A stretch of 64,000 bases of DNA. It comes from Lysobacterales bacterium (GTDB taxonomy: Bacteria > Pseudomonadota > Gammaproteobacteria > Xanthomonadales > Xanthomonadaceae). The position numbers and the translations under genes are program-made. Shown here in pieces: positions 50,881 through 60,575 of this stretch (positions within the stretch are counted from its first letter, which is position 1; the number at the start of each line of letters is the position of its first letter). The stretch spans positions 2,835,541 through 2,899,540 of the forward strand of contig OZ257239.1 of NCBI GenBank assembly GCA_965279425.1, given 5' to 3'. The notes below the pieces were generated by a model, which worked only from the letters and a program-made list of their open reading frames with translations, had not been told where the DNA came from and ran no database searches.

Positions 50881-50923
50881 TATCCTAATTCGGCAATAAT
50901 GATCCTAATCAGAGAATTGTCAA
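50881..50923 (-). promoter_or_regulatory. Sigma70 promoter/operator (copy 2)
   Basis: TTGACA-N16-CATTAT sharing GATTAGGATCATTAT with copy 1. Confidence 0.7.
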
Positions 50924-51059
50924 CCTGCCGAAAGTCAGGTCCATAGCTGCCCTTGTTTCGCGATTGCACAGCGCCATTTCCCTAGAGCGCCTGCTGAGGC
51001 GATGATGATCCTGCCCAGGACATCCGCAGTCGGGCTATCCACTCGGGAGATAATTAGGG

Positions 51060-51791
51060 ATGACATCGCACCACCCCACCATCGGCGGACTGCTGCGCTC
51101 GCTACGCGCGCGCAAGGGCTGGACCCTCAAGCAGATGAGTCAGCATTCCGGGATTCCGCTTTCCACCCTTTCCAAGGTGGAACACGACCGGTTGACACTG
51201 ACCTACGACAAGCTGCTCCAGCTCAGTCAGCGCCTGCAGTTGCGCATGTCCGAACTGTTCGCCGAACAGGACGACGCGCCCGACCCGCCCGTGACGGCCC
51301 GGCGCAGCATCGGCCGCATGGAAGATGCGATCCGCGTGAACACGCCCAACTACGACTATTACTACCTGTGCCCCGAGCTGCGCCGCAAACGCATGATCCC
51401 GGTACTGACGCGCGTGCGTGCCAAGACCATCGAGGAATTCGGCGAGCTGGTCCACCACTCTGGCGAGGAATACATCCACGTGCTCGAAGGGCGCGCGGAA
51501 GTGCATACCGAGTTCTACGACCCGATCATCCTGGAGGCCGGGCAGTCGGTCTACATAGATTCGAATATGGGCCATGCCTATATCGCCGCAGAAGGCTGCG
51601 AAGAAGTCCTGCTGCTGGGCGTGTGCTCCAGCGCGGACGAGCAATTGATGGAATCGCTGATGACCCTGCACGGCGATGAGATGAATGCCGTGCCGGCAGG
51701 AAAACGTCAGCCGGCTGAACCGGCGAATGTTTCGACTCCCAAAGCGCGGGCGCCTCGCAAAACTGCATCTGTGGCAAGGAAAACCTCTTGA
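51060..51791 (+). CDS. XRE-family HTH regulator with cupin sensor domain
   Basis: LRSLRARKGWTLKQMSQHSGIPLSTLSKVEH; HSGEEYIHVLEG..DSNMGH. Confidence 0.92.
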   Translation: MTSHHPTIGGLLRSLRARKGWTLKQMSQHSGIPLSTLSKVEHDRLTLTYDKLLQLSQRLQLRMSELFAEQDDAPDPPVTARRSIGRMEDAIRVNTPNYDYYYLCPELRRKRMIPVLTRVRAKTIEEFGELVHHSGEEYIHVLEGRAEVHTEFYDPIILEAGQSVYIDSNMGHAYIAAEGCEEVLLLGVCSSADEQLMESLMTLHGDEMNAVPAGKRQPAEPANVSTPKARAPRKTASVARKTS

Positions 51792-51836
51792 TCCTGCGGC
51801 GAGCCTCGCTACGCTGCAGTTTCACCACACCCATGT

Positions 51837-52679
51837 TCAACAGTCCTGCCATTCCATCCGGAACCATCTACTCAATACACTGCCTGGGGATAGCACGCGC
51901 GGCTCGATATTGAATGCATCGGGTGGGCCGCTTTGAGGTTCGACACAGGTCGCATAGTCCGCCTGATCGTAGACCACCCAATGCGTGCAGTCCGAGCTCA
52001 AGCGCATCCGCTGCCCGGGCCGCTCCAGCGTGACAGCGGCGGTGTTGGTGAAGCAGTCGTCCCACGGGCCAGGCGGCGGCGATACAACGGGCAACGTCGC
52101 TATCCCCGCCGCGTCGCGGGGATAGATGCCATTCGGCGAAAACTGCATTCGTTCCGGCTTGAGAAACCACGGATGCCAACCGATCACGATGGGCATTGCC
52201 TCTGGTCCTGCCTGCACTGAAAGACTGAGATCCAGCCGGTCTTCAGTCAGTTCCATCCGCTGATAGGCGGTTCCACCGAAGGGCCAACGCGCATCCTGCG
52301 GCAAGACCAACGAAAGCTCCAGGAGATCCGCCTGTTGGCAGTCGACCTGCCATGGCATCGCGAAACCGATCCCGTGGATAGCGTGCACGCCCAGGTTCGG
52401 CGGCAATCGGAAATCCTGCGCGCCGAACTGGAACCGTCCGTCACGGATGCGGCCCGCCCAAGGCAAGGTCGGGTAACAACCCCAGCCGATCATCGTCGTA
52501 TGCGGCCCACCATAGCCGACCAGCTGCTCGATTCCATCGCGGAATATCTGCGCGATGCGTCCGCCAGCCTGCGGCGCGACCTCCATCTTCAGCCTGCCGC
52601 TGCAGAGCTCTATCAGCGGACCCCGCTTGATCGAAGCCAGCGCGTCGGCTTCGACGCCATGGACGGGCTCAACCGCCAT
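51837..52679 (-). CDS. Aldose 1-epimerase (mutarotase) family protein
   Basis: PWAGRIRDG, HAIHG, GWHPWF, CVEPQ. Confidence 0.82.
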   Translation of the reverse strand: MAVEPVHGVEADALASIKRGPLIELCSGRLKMEVAPQAGGRIAQIFRDGIEQLVGYGGPHTTMIGWGCYPTLPWAGRIRDGRFQFGAQDFRLPPNLGVHAIHGIGFAMPWQVDCQQADLLELSLVLPQDARWPFGGTAYQRMELTEDRLDLSLSVQAGPEAMPIVIGWHPWFLKPERMQFSPNGIYPRDAAGIATLPVVSPPPGPWDDCFTNTAAVTLERPGQRMRLSSDCTHWVVYDQADYATCVEPQSGPPDAFNIEPRVLSPGSVLSRWFRMEWQDC

Positions 52680-53685
52680 AGGGATGGATCGTCGGTATCC
52701 TTCCCTGCGCGTCGTAGTGAAACTCGGTCATCTTGACCGAACGCAGATGAGTGACTCCGCCAGAGAGAAGCGCATCGTGGTAGAACAGATACCAGCGATC
52801 CTGGAATTGGCAAATGGAGTGGTGCGTCGTCCAGCCAACCACTGGGCTTAGCAGGACGCCCTGATAGACGAAAGGACCATAAGGACTCTCGCCAATCGCA
52901 TAACAAAGCAGGTGCGTGTCGCCGGTCGAGTAGGAAAGGTAATACTTGCCCTGATATTTGTGCATCCAGGGACCTTCGAAATATCGTCTGGCATGGTCTT
53001 CAGCGCGTAGCGGTTGCCCGTTGTCGTCGACGATAAGCACCTCGCGCGGCGCCTCGTCGAACTGTTTCATGCCTGGATCTAGGCGTGCTACCCGCGGCCC
53101 CAGTGCGGGTTGGCCGGTCTCGGGTTCGCCATGCGAGGCGTCATAGACGTTGTCGCGATAGCTCTGCAGCTGACCGCCCCATATCCCACCGAAATACAGA
53201 TAGCAGGTGCCATCGTCATCGACGAAGGCCGCCGGATCGATGGAATAACTCCCCTTGATGGGTTCGGGTTCGGCCAAAAAGGGGCCCGCAGGTTCGTCGC
53301 TGACCGCCACCCCGATCTGGAAAATTCCGTCGGGGCGCTTCGCAGGAAAATAGAGGTAGTAGCGACCGTCGCAACGGGCGACATCGGGCGCCCACATCTG
53401 CCGCTGCGCCCAGGGCACATCATCGATATGCAAGGCGACGCCGCAGTCGACCGCTTCGCCATCGGGCGAATCCAGGCGCAGCACGTGGTAATCCTGCATG
53501 CCGAAATGATCGCCAAGATCGTTGAAAGGGATGCCCGCCTCTATGTCGTGGGAGGGATAGATATAGAGGCGCCCATCGAAAACATGCGCGGAAGGGTCCG
53601 CCGTATAGAGATGGGTCACCAGCGGCTGGGAAATGGCCTTGGCGGCCAGCGCGTCCAGGGCTGCGGGAGTCAAGTCTTCGGACAT
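52669..53685 (-). CDS. GH43 beta-xylosidase/arabinofuranosidase (cytoplasmic)
   Basis: YTADPSAHVF, WAPDV, SIDPAAF, FEGPWMHK. Confidence 0.92.
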   Translation of the reverse strand: MSEDLTPAALDALAAKAISQPLVTHLYTADPSAHVFDGRLYIYPSHDIEAGIPFNDLGDHFGMQDYHVLRLDSPDGEAVDCGVALHIDDVPWAQRQMWAPDVARCDGRYYLYFPAKRPDGIFQIGVAVSDEPAGPFLAEPEPIKGSYSIDPAAFVDDDGTCYLYFGGIWGGQLQSYRDNVYDASHGEPETGQPALGPRVARLDPGMKQFDEAPREVLIVDDNGQPLRAEDHARRYFEGPWMHKYQGKYYLSYSTGDTHLLCYAIGESPYGPFVYQGVLLSPVVGWTTHHSICQFQDRWYLFYHDALLSGGVTHLRSVKMTEFHYDAQGRIPTIHPYGG

Positions 53686-53708
53686 CGTTGCACCTTGTCG
53701 GGTCGGGG

Positions 53709-55199
53709 TCAGCGCATCGAGGCGGCGAGCCTGCGCTCGGCCAGATCCCGTTCAATACGCGATTCCATCGACTTGTCGATCTTGTAGAGGAACAGCATGG
53801 CCACGGTGATCAGGAAAGGAATCGAGCAATAGATGCTGACGGCCAGGCGTATCCCATTGACCGTTTGCGGCAGTTGAGTCGCGGCGTCGGCGTCATAGCC
53901 GTAAAAAGCGAGAATGCCCGCCACCAGGGCACCACCGATACTCAAGCCGATCTTCAATCCGCACAACATGGCCGAGAAGATGATCGCCGTGGCACGACGA
54001 TGGTTTTTCCATTCGGAGTAATCGGCGACATCGGCAATCATTGCCCACAGCAAGGGGATGGTGATGCCGTAGCTGAAGCCATGCAGGATATAGCTGAGGA
54101 ATACCAGCCCGATCGAACTCGGGGAATAGAAGAAGAACGCCAACAGGAAGATCGTGGAAATCAGCAAGGCCCCGCCGAAGACGTTGCGCTTGCCGAAGCG
54201 GTCGGCCAGGCGTTGGGAAACGCCGATACCCAGAATCATGCAGATGATCCCGCCGGCATTGAACAGACTGAATGCGGAAGTCGGCGCATCCTTGGGCCAG
54301 GTGAATTGTGTCAAACCCGCCGAAGTCAGCCCTGCATTGAGCTGGGCGATGAAGCCGTTGAAACCGATGGATTGCAGAAAACCAGCCAGTTGCGTTTCGC
54401 TGAGGTAATACTGGAAGTAGTAGATGTACATGCCGCCCTTCAGCGCCAGGTTCACGAAGACCAGGATCGTCAAGGCCAGCATCACCAGCCAGGGGCCATT
54501 GCGGGTCAGGTCGCTCAGGTCCTGGAACACGCCCGATTTCTGCTCGGGCGCGGGCACGATGCGCTCGCGGGTGGTGAAGAACGTGATCAGGAAAAACACC
54601 GTGCCGATGATCGCGAATATCGTCATCGTGTTTTTGAATCCAAGCACTTTGTCTCCGTGGCCCAGAATCAACACCAGGGGCAGCAACAGCACCTGCACGA
54701 TGAACTGGGCGATCATCACCGCGACGAAACGGTAAGCAGACAGGCTGTTGCGCTGGGCCATATTGCCGGTCAGCACCCCGCTGAGCGCGGAGTAAGGCAG
54801 GTTGTTGGATGCATAGACCAGCATCAACAAGGTGTAGGTCACCAGTGCATAGATGACCTTGCCATGTTCGCCCAGGTCCGGCGTGCTGAAGGCAAGCAGA
54901 GAGAGCACACCGAATGGAATGGAAGTCCACAGGATCCAGGGGCGGAATTTGCCCCAACGCGTACGCGTGCGGTCGGCGATGATGCCCACCAGCGGCGTGA
55001 AGACGAAAGCGCCCAGCAAACCCACCATGAAAATGATCGTGGCCGCGGTAGCCGCCGGTATGCGGAAGACGTCGGTATAGAAGAAAGCCAGATAGGTGAT
55101 GAGCGTCTGGAAAATAAGATTGGCCGCCAGATCGCCGAGGCTGTAACCGATCTTCTCCCTGACCGAGAGCGTCTCCGCACCTGAATTGATGGCCGCCAT
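53709..55199 (-). CDS. GPH/MFS xyloside transporter (XylP-like)
   Basis: EKIGYSLGD, DRTRTRWGKFRPW, NNLPYSAL, WAMIADVADY. Confidence 0.9.
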   Translation of the reverse strand: MAAINSGAETLSVREKIGYSLGDLAANLIFQTLITYLAFFYTDVFRIPAATAATIIFMVGLLGAFVFTPLVGIIADRTRTRWGKFRPWILWTSIPFGVLSLLAFSTPDLGEHGKVIYALVTYTLLMLVYASNNLPYSALSGVLTGNMAQRNSLSAYRFVAVMIAQFIVQVLLLPLVLILGHGDKVLGFKNTMTIFAIIGTVFFLITFFTTRERIVPAPEQKSGVFQDLSDLTRNGPWLVMLALTILVFVNLALKGGMYIYYFQYYLSETQLAGFLQSIGFNGFIAQLNAGLTSAGLTQFTWPKDAPTSAFSLFNAGGIICMILGIGVSQRLADRFGKRNVFGGALLISTIFLLAFFFYSPSSIGLVFLSYILHGFSYGITIPLLWAMIADVADYSEWKNHRRATAIIFSAMLCGLKIGLSIGGALVAGILAFYGYDADAATQLPQTVNGIRLAVSIYCSIPFLITVAMLFLYKIDKSMESRIERDLAERRLAASMR

Positions 55200-55449
55200 T
55201 CACTGCCCCTGCATTGAGTTCAAATACGGCCGTTTACCCAGTGGCTGGTGCCGCTACAACGGCCAAACCGGGAGCACCGGAATGGATCTCGCAACGCCTG
55301 ATACCGCCACCATTTCTTGCGCCCACCATTCGGGTCAGCCGCACACGCCAGCACGCGCAACAAAGCGCACTCCCCCAATCGCTTCTTACGCAATCACACT
55401 GCGATTTTTTACAGATCGAGGTCGCATGACCCCTCTCGATGTGCAAGGA

Positions 55450-55463
55450 TGGTAGCGCTACCA
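55450..55463. promoter_or_regulatory. LacI-family (XylR-type) operator
   Basis: Perfect palindrome TGGTAGCGCTACCA between the divergent transporter and GH10 genes. Confidence 0.8.
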
Positions 55464-55593
55464 TTATTGCTCTGCACGCTGCGCAGCAACATGATTTTCG
55501 ACGTTCCCAAAAGAGCCGGCAGCAGATGTCTGCTTACTGCAAGGCAGAGCCCTCTCCGCGTCTGATCGATACCGCTCAAAACGGAAAACAAAC

Positions 55594-56616
55594 ATGAAAC
55601 TACCTGCCTCGATTGCGTTGAATACGTTGGCCGCTCTGTTGTTCGCAAGTGGTGCGCATGCGGCCCCTATTGCCGATAACCAGCCCAAATTTCTGGGCTC
55701 CGCCTATGGCTCCAATCAGGCCAAGGACTTCGAGGCCTACTGGAACAAGGTCACCCCGGAGAACGCCGGCAAGTGGGGAAGCGTTGAGGCCATACGGGAC
55801 CAGATGGACTGGCGCGCGCTGGACGACAGCTACCAGTTCGCCCAACGCCACGGGTTTCCGTTCCATATGCATGTGATGGTCTGGGGCAACCAGCAGCCCG
55901 AATGGATGGAGACTTTGCCGCCGGAAGAGCAGCGTGCCGAGATCGAGGAATGGTTCGCCGCCGTGGCTGATCGATACCCGAAACTGGATTACGTGGAAGT
56001 GGTCAACGAGCCGTTGCACGACCCGCCCGCCAAGGACGACGAAGGTGGTGGCAACTATCTGCAAGCGCTGGGCGGAAACGGGGGCAGCGGCTGGGACTGG
56101 ATTGTCGAGTCCTTCCGCCTGGCGCGCAAATATTTTCCGCATTCGGACCTCATGATCAACGACTACAGCATCACCGATAACGACGCCGATACCTTGCGAT
56201 ACCTGGCGATCATCGAACTGCTGCAGAAGGAAAAGCTGGTGGACGCGGTAGGCGTCCAGGGCCATGCGTTCGCGACCACTACCAAAACGCCCATGTCGGT
56301 GCACCGCGCCAACCTGGATCGTCTGGCGGGCACGGGCCTGCCGCTCTACGTGACCGAACTGGATATCGACGGCCCCAGCGATGATGCGCAGCTCAAGGAC
56401 TACCAGCGGATCTTCCCGGTCTTCTGGGAACACCCCGCCGTGAAAGGCATTACCTTATGGGGCTTCCGGCCGGGCCTCTGGCGCACGAAGGAAGGCGCTA
56501 ACCTGATCCGTGAAGACGGCAGTGAGCGCCCGGCCCTGCAGTGGCTGCGAACCTATGTAGGCAACACAAGCACTGTGCCGTTGCCCGACCCCAAGCTGCT
56601 GCCAGGCACCGACTGA
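55594..56616 (+). CDS. GH10 endo-1,4-beta-xylanase, exported
   Basis: Signal peptide; VTPENAGKW, VVNEP (acid/base), VTELD (nucleophile). Confidence 0.93.
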   Translation: MKLPASIALNTLAALLFASGAHAAPIADNQPKFLGSAYGSNQAKDFEAYWNKVTPENAGKWGSVEAIRDQMDWRALDDSYQFAQRHGFPFHMHVMVWGNQQPEWMETLPPEEQRAEIEEWFAAVADRYPKLDYVEVVNEPLHDPPAKDDEGGGNYLQALGGNGGSGWDWIVESFRLARKYFPHSDLMINDYSITDNDADTLRYLAIIELLQKEKLVDAVGVQGHAFATTTKTPMSVHRANLDRLAGTGLPLYVTELDIDGPSDDAQLKDYQRIFPVFWEHPAVKGITLWGFRPGLWRTKEGANLIREDGSERPALQWLRTYVGNTSTVPLPDPKLLPGTD

Positions 56617-56702
56617 ATCCACCACCGGAGGCGACAGGCCGTCGGATGACGACAGGCCCTCGATCATGCAGCATCATGACCAAAACCAATCCAAGGAACG
56701 CC

Positions 56703-57746
56703 ATGTCACCCCTGCTCGCGCGCGTATTGATCTGTGTCGTCGCCTCATGTTCGTTCGGCTGCATCGCCGCTGAGCGGATAAAGGAACCTGTTCCCATAGT
56801 GGGAAAACTGACCGTCATGGATCCATCGTTCAACGACATCGTCCCGGCCGATGCCCGCATCGAAGCGATTGCCGAAGGTTTCACCTGGTCCGAAGGTCCG
56901 GAATGGGTGAAGGACGAAGGCTATCTGCTGTTCAACGATGTGCCCGAGAACACCATGTATCGCTGGAGCGAAGCGGAGGGGCTTTCGGTTTTTCTCAAAC
57001 CTTCCGGTCTGGCCAATCCTGACCCGCGCACCATGGGCGAAGCCGGGGCGAACGGCCTGTTCGCTGAAGCCGGCGGCACGCTGCTGCTGGCCGATTCGGG
57101 GTCGCGCGCCATTGCGCGCCTGGACCTGAAGACCAAGCGCAAAACCTTTCTGGCGGAGCGCTTCGAAGGAAAGCGGTTCAACAGCCCCAACGACGTAATG
57201 TCCAACAGCAAGGGTGTGGTGTTCTTCACCGACCCGCCCTATGGCCTGAAAGGAATGAATGATTCTTCCATCAAGGAACTCAAGTTCAACGGGGTCTATG
57301 CCATGGATCCGGACGGCCGCGTCCGATTGTTGGACGACAGCCTCAGTTTGCCGAACGGCATCGCGCTTTCGCCGGACGAGCGCACACTGTACGTGGCCAA
57401 CTCCGATCCCGCACGGCCTATCTGGATGGCCTATTCGCTGGACGGCGATGGCAAAGTCACGGACAAGCGCGTGTTCGCCGATGCGTCGGATCTGATGGGT
57501 GAGGGCGTGCACGGTCTGCCGGATGGAATCGCCATTTCCGACGACGGAAAGATATTCGCCACGGGTCCGGGCGGCGTGCTGGTCATGGACGCGACCGGAA
57601 AGCGGCTGGGCCGTATCGAAACCGGCGGCGCCATCTCCAATTGCGCATTCGGCGATGACGGCAACACCCTTTACATGACTTCGCACAAGCGGTTGGCGCG
57701 GGTAAGGGTCAATGCCACGGGGCTGGGCTTCGAAAAGCGCAAGTGA
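56703..57746 (+). CDS. SMP-30/gluconolactonase family protein, exported
   Basis: SEGPEW, FNSPND, FFTDPPYG, PNGIALSPD, PDGIA; hydrophobic N-terminus; AGGA RBS. Confidence 0.88.
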   Translation: MSPLLARVLICVVASCSFGCIAAERIKEPVPIVGKLTVMDPSFNDIVPADARIEAIAEGFTWSEGPEWVKDEGYLLFNDVPENTMYRWSEAEGLSVFLKPSGLANPDPRTMGEAGANGLFAEAGGTLLLADSGSRAIARLDLKTKRKTFLAERFEGKRFNSPNDVMSNSKGVVFFTDPPYGLKGMNDSSIKELKFNGVYAMDPDGRVRLLDDSLSLPNGIALSPDERTLYVANSDPARPIWMAYSLDGDGKVTDKRVFADASDLMGEGVHGLPDGIAISDDGKIFATGPGGVLVMDATGKRLGRIETGGAISNCAFGDDGNTLYMTSHKRLARVRVNATGLGFEKRK

Positions 57747-57836
57747 ATCGAACTGCGTTTTGTCGCCGCGCAGTAGAGAGGTTTGTAGCGCAGCAGCAAT
57801 CGCCTGGCGTCCCTGCCAGGCGATTGGTTCGTAGCG

Positions 57837-60575
57837 TCAACGTGCCTTCAAACTGAATTCCTTGGACAGGCGGATATCCGCGCTGGACGCACCAATCTCC
57901 ACTTCGTACAGCCCGGGATCGACCGAGTAGGCATTGGTTTTTTCGTCGTAGATCCGCAGGTCCGCCGCTGGCGTGAACGAGAACGACACGCTGCGTTCTT
58001 CGCCGGGCTGCAGCGCAATGCGCTGGAATCCACGCAGGTCCTTGCGGGCGCGATCGCGATCGGCGTTCTTAGGCTTCAAATACATCTGGACCACTTCTTC
58101 GCCCGCGCGATCGCCGGCATTCCGGACCTTCACGGTGACGTGCATCGTCTGCGCCGGCGTGGCCTGCGGGCTATCGAGCATCAGGTCCGAGTACGCGAAA
58201 CGCGTGTACGACAATCCATGCCCGAACGGATACAAGGGCTTGCCGTCGAAGTAGCGGTAGGTCCGCCCTTGCATCGCATAGTCGTCGAACGCCGGCAGCT
58301 TTTCGTCCGCCTTGTAGAAGGTAACGGGCAGACGACCCGCCGGGTTGGTATCGCCGAACAACGCATCGGCGACGGCCGTTCCACCACGCTGCCCCGGATA
58401 CCAGGCCACCATAATCGCGGGCAGGTGCTGTTGCGCCCAGTCCACTGCCAGAGCGGACCCGGTGGTCAGCACCATAACCACTGGCTTGCCCGTAGCCTGT
58501 AGCGCTTCAAGCAGTTTCTGCTGACTCGCGGGTAGACGCAGGTCGGTGCGGTCGCCACCGGCGAAGCCAGGATAGTCGACTTTCATTTCCTCGCCTTCCA
58601 CATCGCCGGTCAGGCCACCGACAAACACCACGACCTCGGCTTGGCGCGCGATCCCCACTGCTTCTTCCAGCGGCGGAACCGCGCCAGGCCGCACCCACGC
58701 CAGCCGCACGCCGGCATCGCGCTCGGCGTCGAAATATTCCAGCTTCAGGTCGTAGGCGCGTCCGGCCTGCAGGTCCAGGCTGACACTGCTGGCGCTGAGA
58801 CGATCTTCGTTGCGCCAGTGGTCGAGTACCAGCTTGCCATCCAGGTAGAGCCGGAAGCCATCGTTCGCTGCGGCTTGAAGCTGATACTTCCCCGAGACAG
58901 GCGGCAGCAACTGGCCACTCCAGCGAATGCTGAAATTGTCGCTGGGCACCGCTTCTTCGGAGCTCGCTTCGCCACGCGCCTGCAGATTGTCGGTGGGCGA
59001 ACCGCGATCCCAGTTGAAGACGATCTGCGGATCTACGCGCACCAGCGCCGGCTTGCCGGAGAGATCGCGATTGCGGAAATATTCTCCGCGCAATCCGCGT
59101 TCGCTCGACTCGGCCGAAGGACGCAGATACTGCGGTTCGATCAGCGGCATGGCGGTGGGATCGTCGCGACCCTCCACCAGGTCCGCGCCGCGTGCGTATA
59201 GCACTTCGGCCTTTGGCGCGGCTTGTCGAATACCTTGCAGGACGGTCACTGGCGCCGCCGGTGTTCCATAGTAATTGCCGAGCAAGGCCATGGTGTCGTC
59301 GGCAGTCGGACCGACCACGGCTATGCGTTTCACTTCTTTGGAAAGCGGCAATACGCCATTGTTCTTCAGCAATACGATGGATTGCTGGGCCGCACGACGT
59401 GCCAGCGCGTCATGTTCGGGCGACTGGTTCACCGAATAAGGAATGCGCGCCCAGCGCACCCGCTCCGGCGGGTCGAACATGCCCAGCCGGAAGCGCGCCG
59501 CCATGAGCCGCGTCAATGCGTCGTCGATTTCTGCTTCGGTGATCAAACCCTTGCGCACGGCCACAGGCAACGCCGCCCCATAACTTTGCCCGCACTCCAG
59601 TTCGGTGCCGTTGCGCACGGCCAATGCGGAGGCCTCCTCCACCGTGGCGACGATCTTGTGGTGCTTCCAGATGTCGTCGACCGCCCAGCAATCCGACATG
59701 ACATACCCTTTGAAGCCCCAATCCTTGCGCAGGATGTCGCGCAGAAGAAACTGGCTGGCGCTGGCCGATTCGCCGTAGACCCGGTTGTAGGCGCCCATCA
59801 CCGCATCGACATCGGCTTCCTGCACCAGCGTCTGGAAAGCAGGCAGGTAGGTTTCGTAAAGGTCGCGCCTGGTCGGGCGCGCATCGAAGTGATGGCGGTC
59901 GGCTTCGGGCCCGCTATGCACGGCGAAGTGCTTGGCGGTCGCATCGAGCTTCCGATACACCGGGTCGTCGCCCTGCAGCCCACGCACGAAGGAAACGCCC
60001 ATGCGCGCGGTCAGATAAGGATCCTCGCCGTAGGTCTCCTGTCCGCGGCCCCAACGCGGATCGCGGAAGATGTTGATGTTCGGCGACCAGAACGTCAGTC
60101 CCTGGTAGCGTCCGCGTTCGCCACGTGCCGCGAAGTGATGATGCTTGGCGCGCGCCTCATCGCTGATGGCTGTGGACACCGCATCCATCAGTGGGATATC
60201 GAAAGTCGCGGCCATGCCGATGGCCTGCGGAAAAACCGTCGCCCCGCCAGCGCGGGCAACGCCATGCAGCGCTTCGTTCCACCAGTCGTAGGCCGGCACG
60301 CCCAGTCGCTCGATTGCCGGTGCGGCGTTCTGCATCTGTGCGGTTTTTTCTTCCAGAGTCATCCGCGATACGAGGTCCGCTGCGCGGGCCTCGAAACTAC
60401 GGCTGGTATCCAGCCACGGCGCGTCGGCGCTTGACTGTACAACTGCTTCAGCGGCCACGGAATTGCACAGCGGCAGGCATAGTGCCAGCATGCCTGCGAT
60501 GAATGTGGTCGCGGCGAAGGGCCGTCCGACGTGTCTTTTCATGCTGGATCGATCCACGCTGTCATTGGGCTGCAT
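57837..60575 (-). CDS. GH3 beta-xylosidase/glucosidase with PA14 insert and Fn3-like tail
   Basis: [42 protein letters not shown]14 segment, PFGHGLSYT; start could be 60542. Confidence 0.93.
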   Translation of the reverse strand: MQPNDSVDRSSMKRHVGRPFAATTFIAGMLALCLPLCNSVAAEAVVQSSADAPWLDTSRSFEARAADLVSRMTLEEKTAQMQNAAPAIERLGVPAYDWWNEALHGVARAGGATVFPQAIGMAATFDIPLMDAVSTAISDEARAKHHHFAARGERGRYQGLTFWSPNINIFRDPRWGRGQETYGEDPYLTARMGVSFVRGLQGDDPVYRKLDATAKHFAVHSGPEADRHHFDARPTRRDLYETYLPAFQTLVQEADVDAVMGAYNRVYGESASASQFLLRDILRKDWGFKGYVMSDCWAVDDIWKHHKIVATVEEASALAVRNGTELECGQSYGAALPVAVRKGLITEAEIDDALTRLMAARFRLGMFDPPERVRWARIPYSVNQSPEHDALARRAAQQSIVLLKNNGVLPLSKEVKRIAVVGPTADDTMALLGNYYGTPAAPVTVLQGIRQAAPKAEVLYARGADLVEGRDDPTAMPLIEPQYLRPSAESSERGLRGEYFRNRDLSGKPALVRVDPQIVFNWDRGSPTDNLQARGEASSEEAVPSDNFSIRWSGQLLPPVSGKYQLQAAANDGFRLYLDGKLVLDHWRNEDRLSASSVSLDLQAGRAYDLKLEYFDAERDAGVRLAWVRPGAVPPLEEAVGIARQAEVVVFVGGLTGDVEGEEMKVDYPGFAGGDRTDLRLPASQQKLLEALQATGKPVVMVLTTGSALAVDWAQQHLPAIMVAWYPGQRGGTAVADALFGDTNPAGRLPVTFYKADEKLPAFDDYAMQGRTYRYFDGKPLYPFGHGLSYTRFAYSDLMLDSPQATPAQTMHVTVKVRNAGDRAGEEVVQMYLKPKNADRDRARKDLRGFQRIALQPGEERSVSFSFTPAADLRIYDEKTNAYSVDPGLYEVEIGASSADIRLSKEFSLKAR

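Noticed and set aside
57783-57796. Possible extra xyl-box TTGTAGCGCAGCAG
   Set aside because: Weak match, located between convergent gene ends
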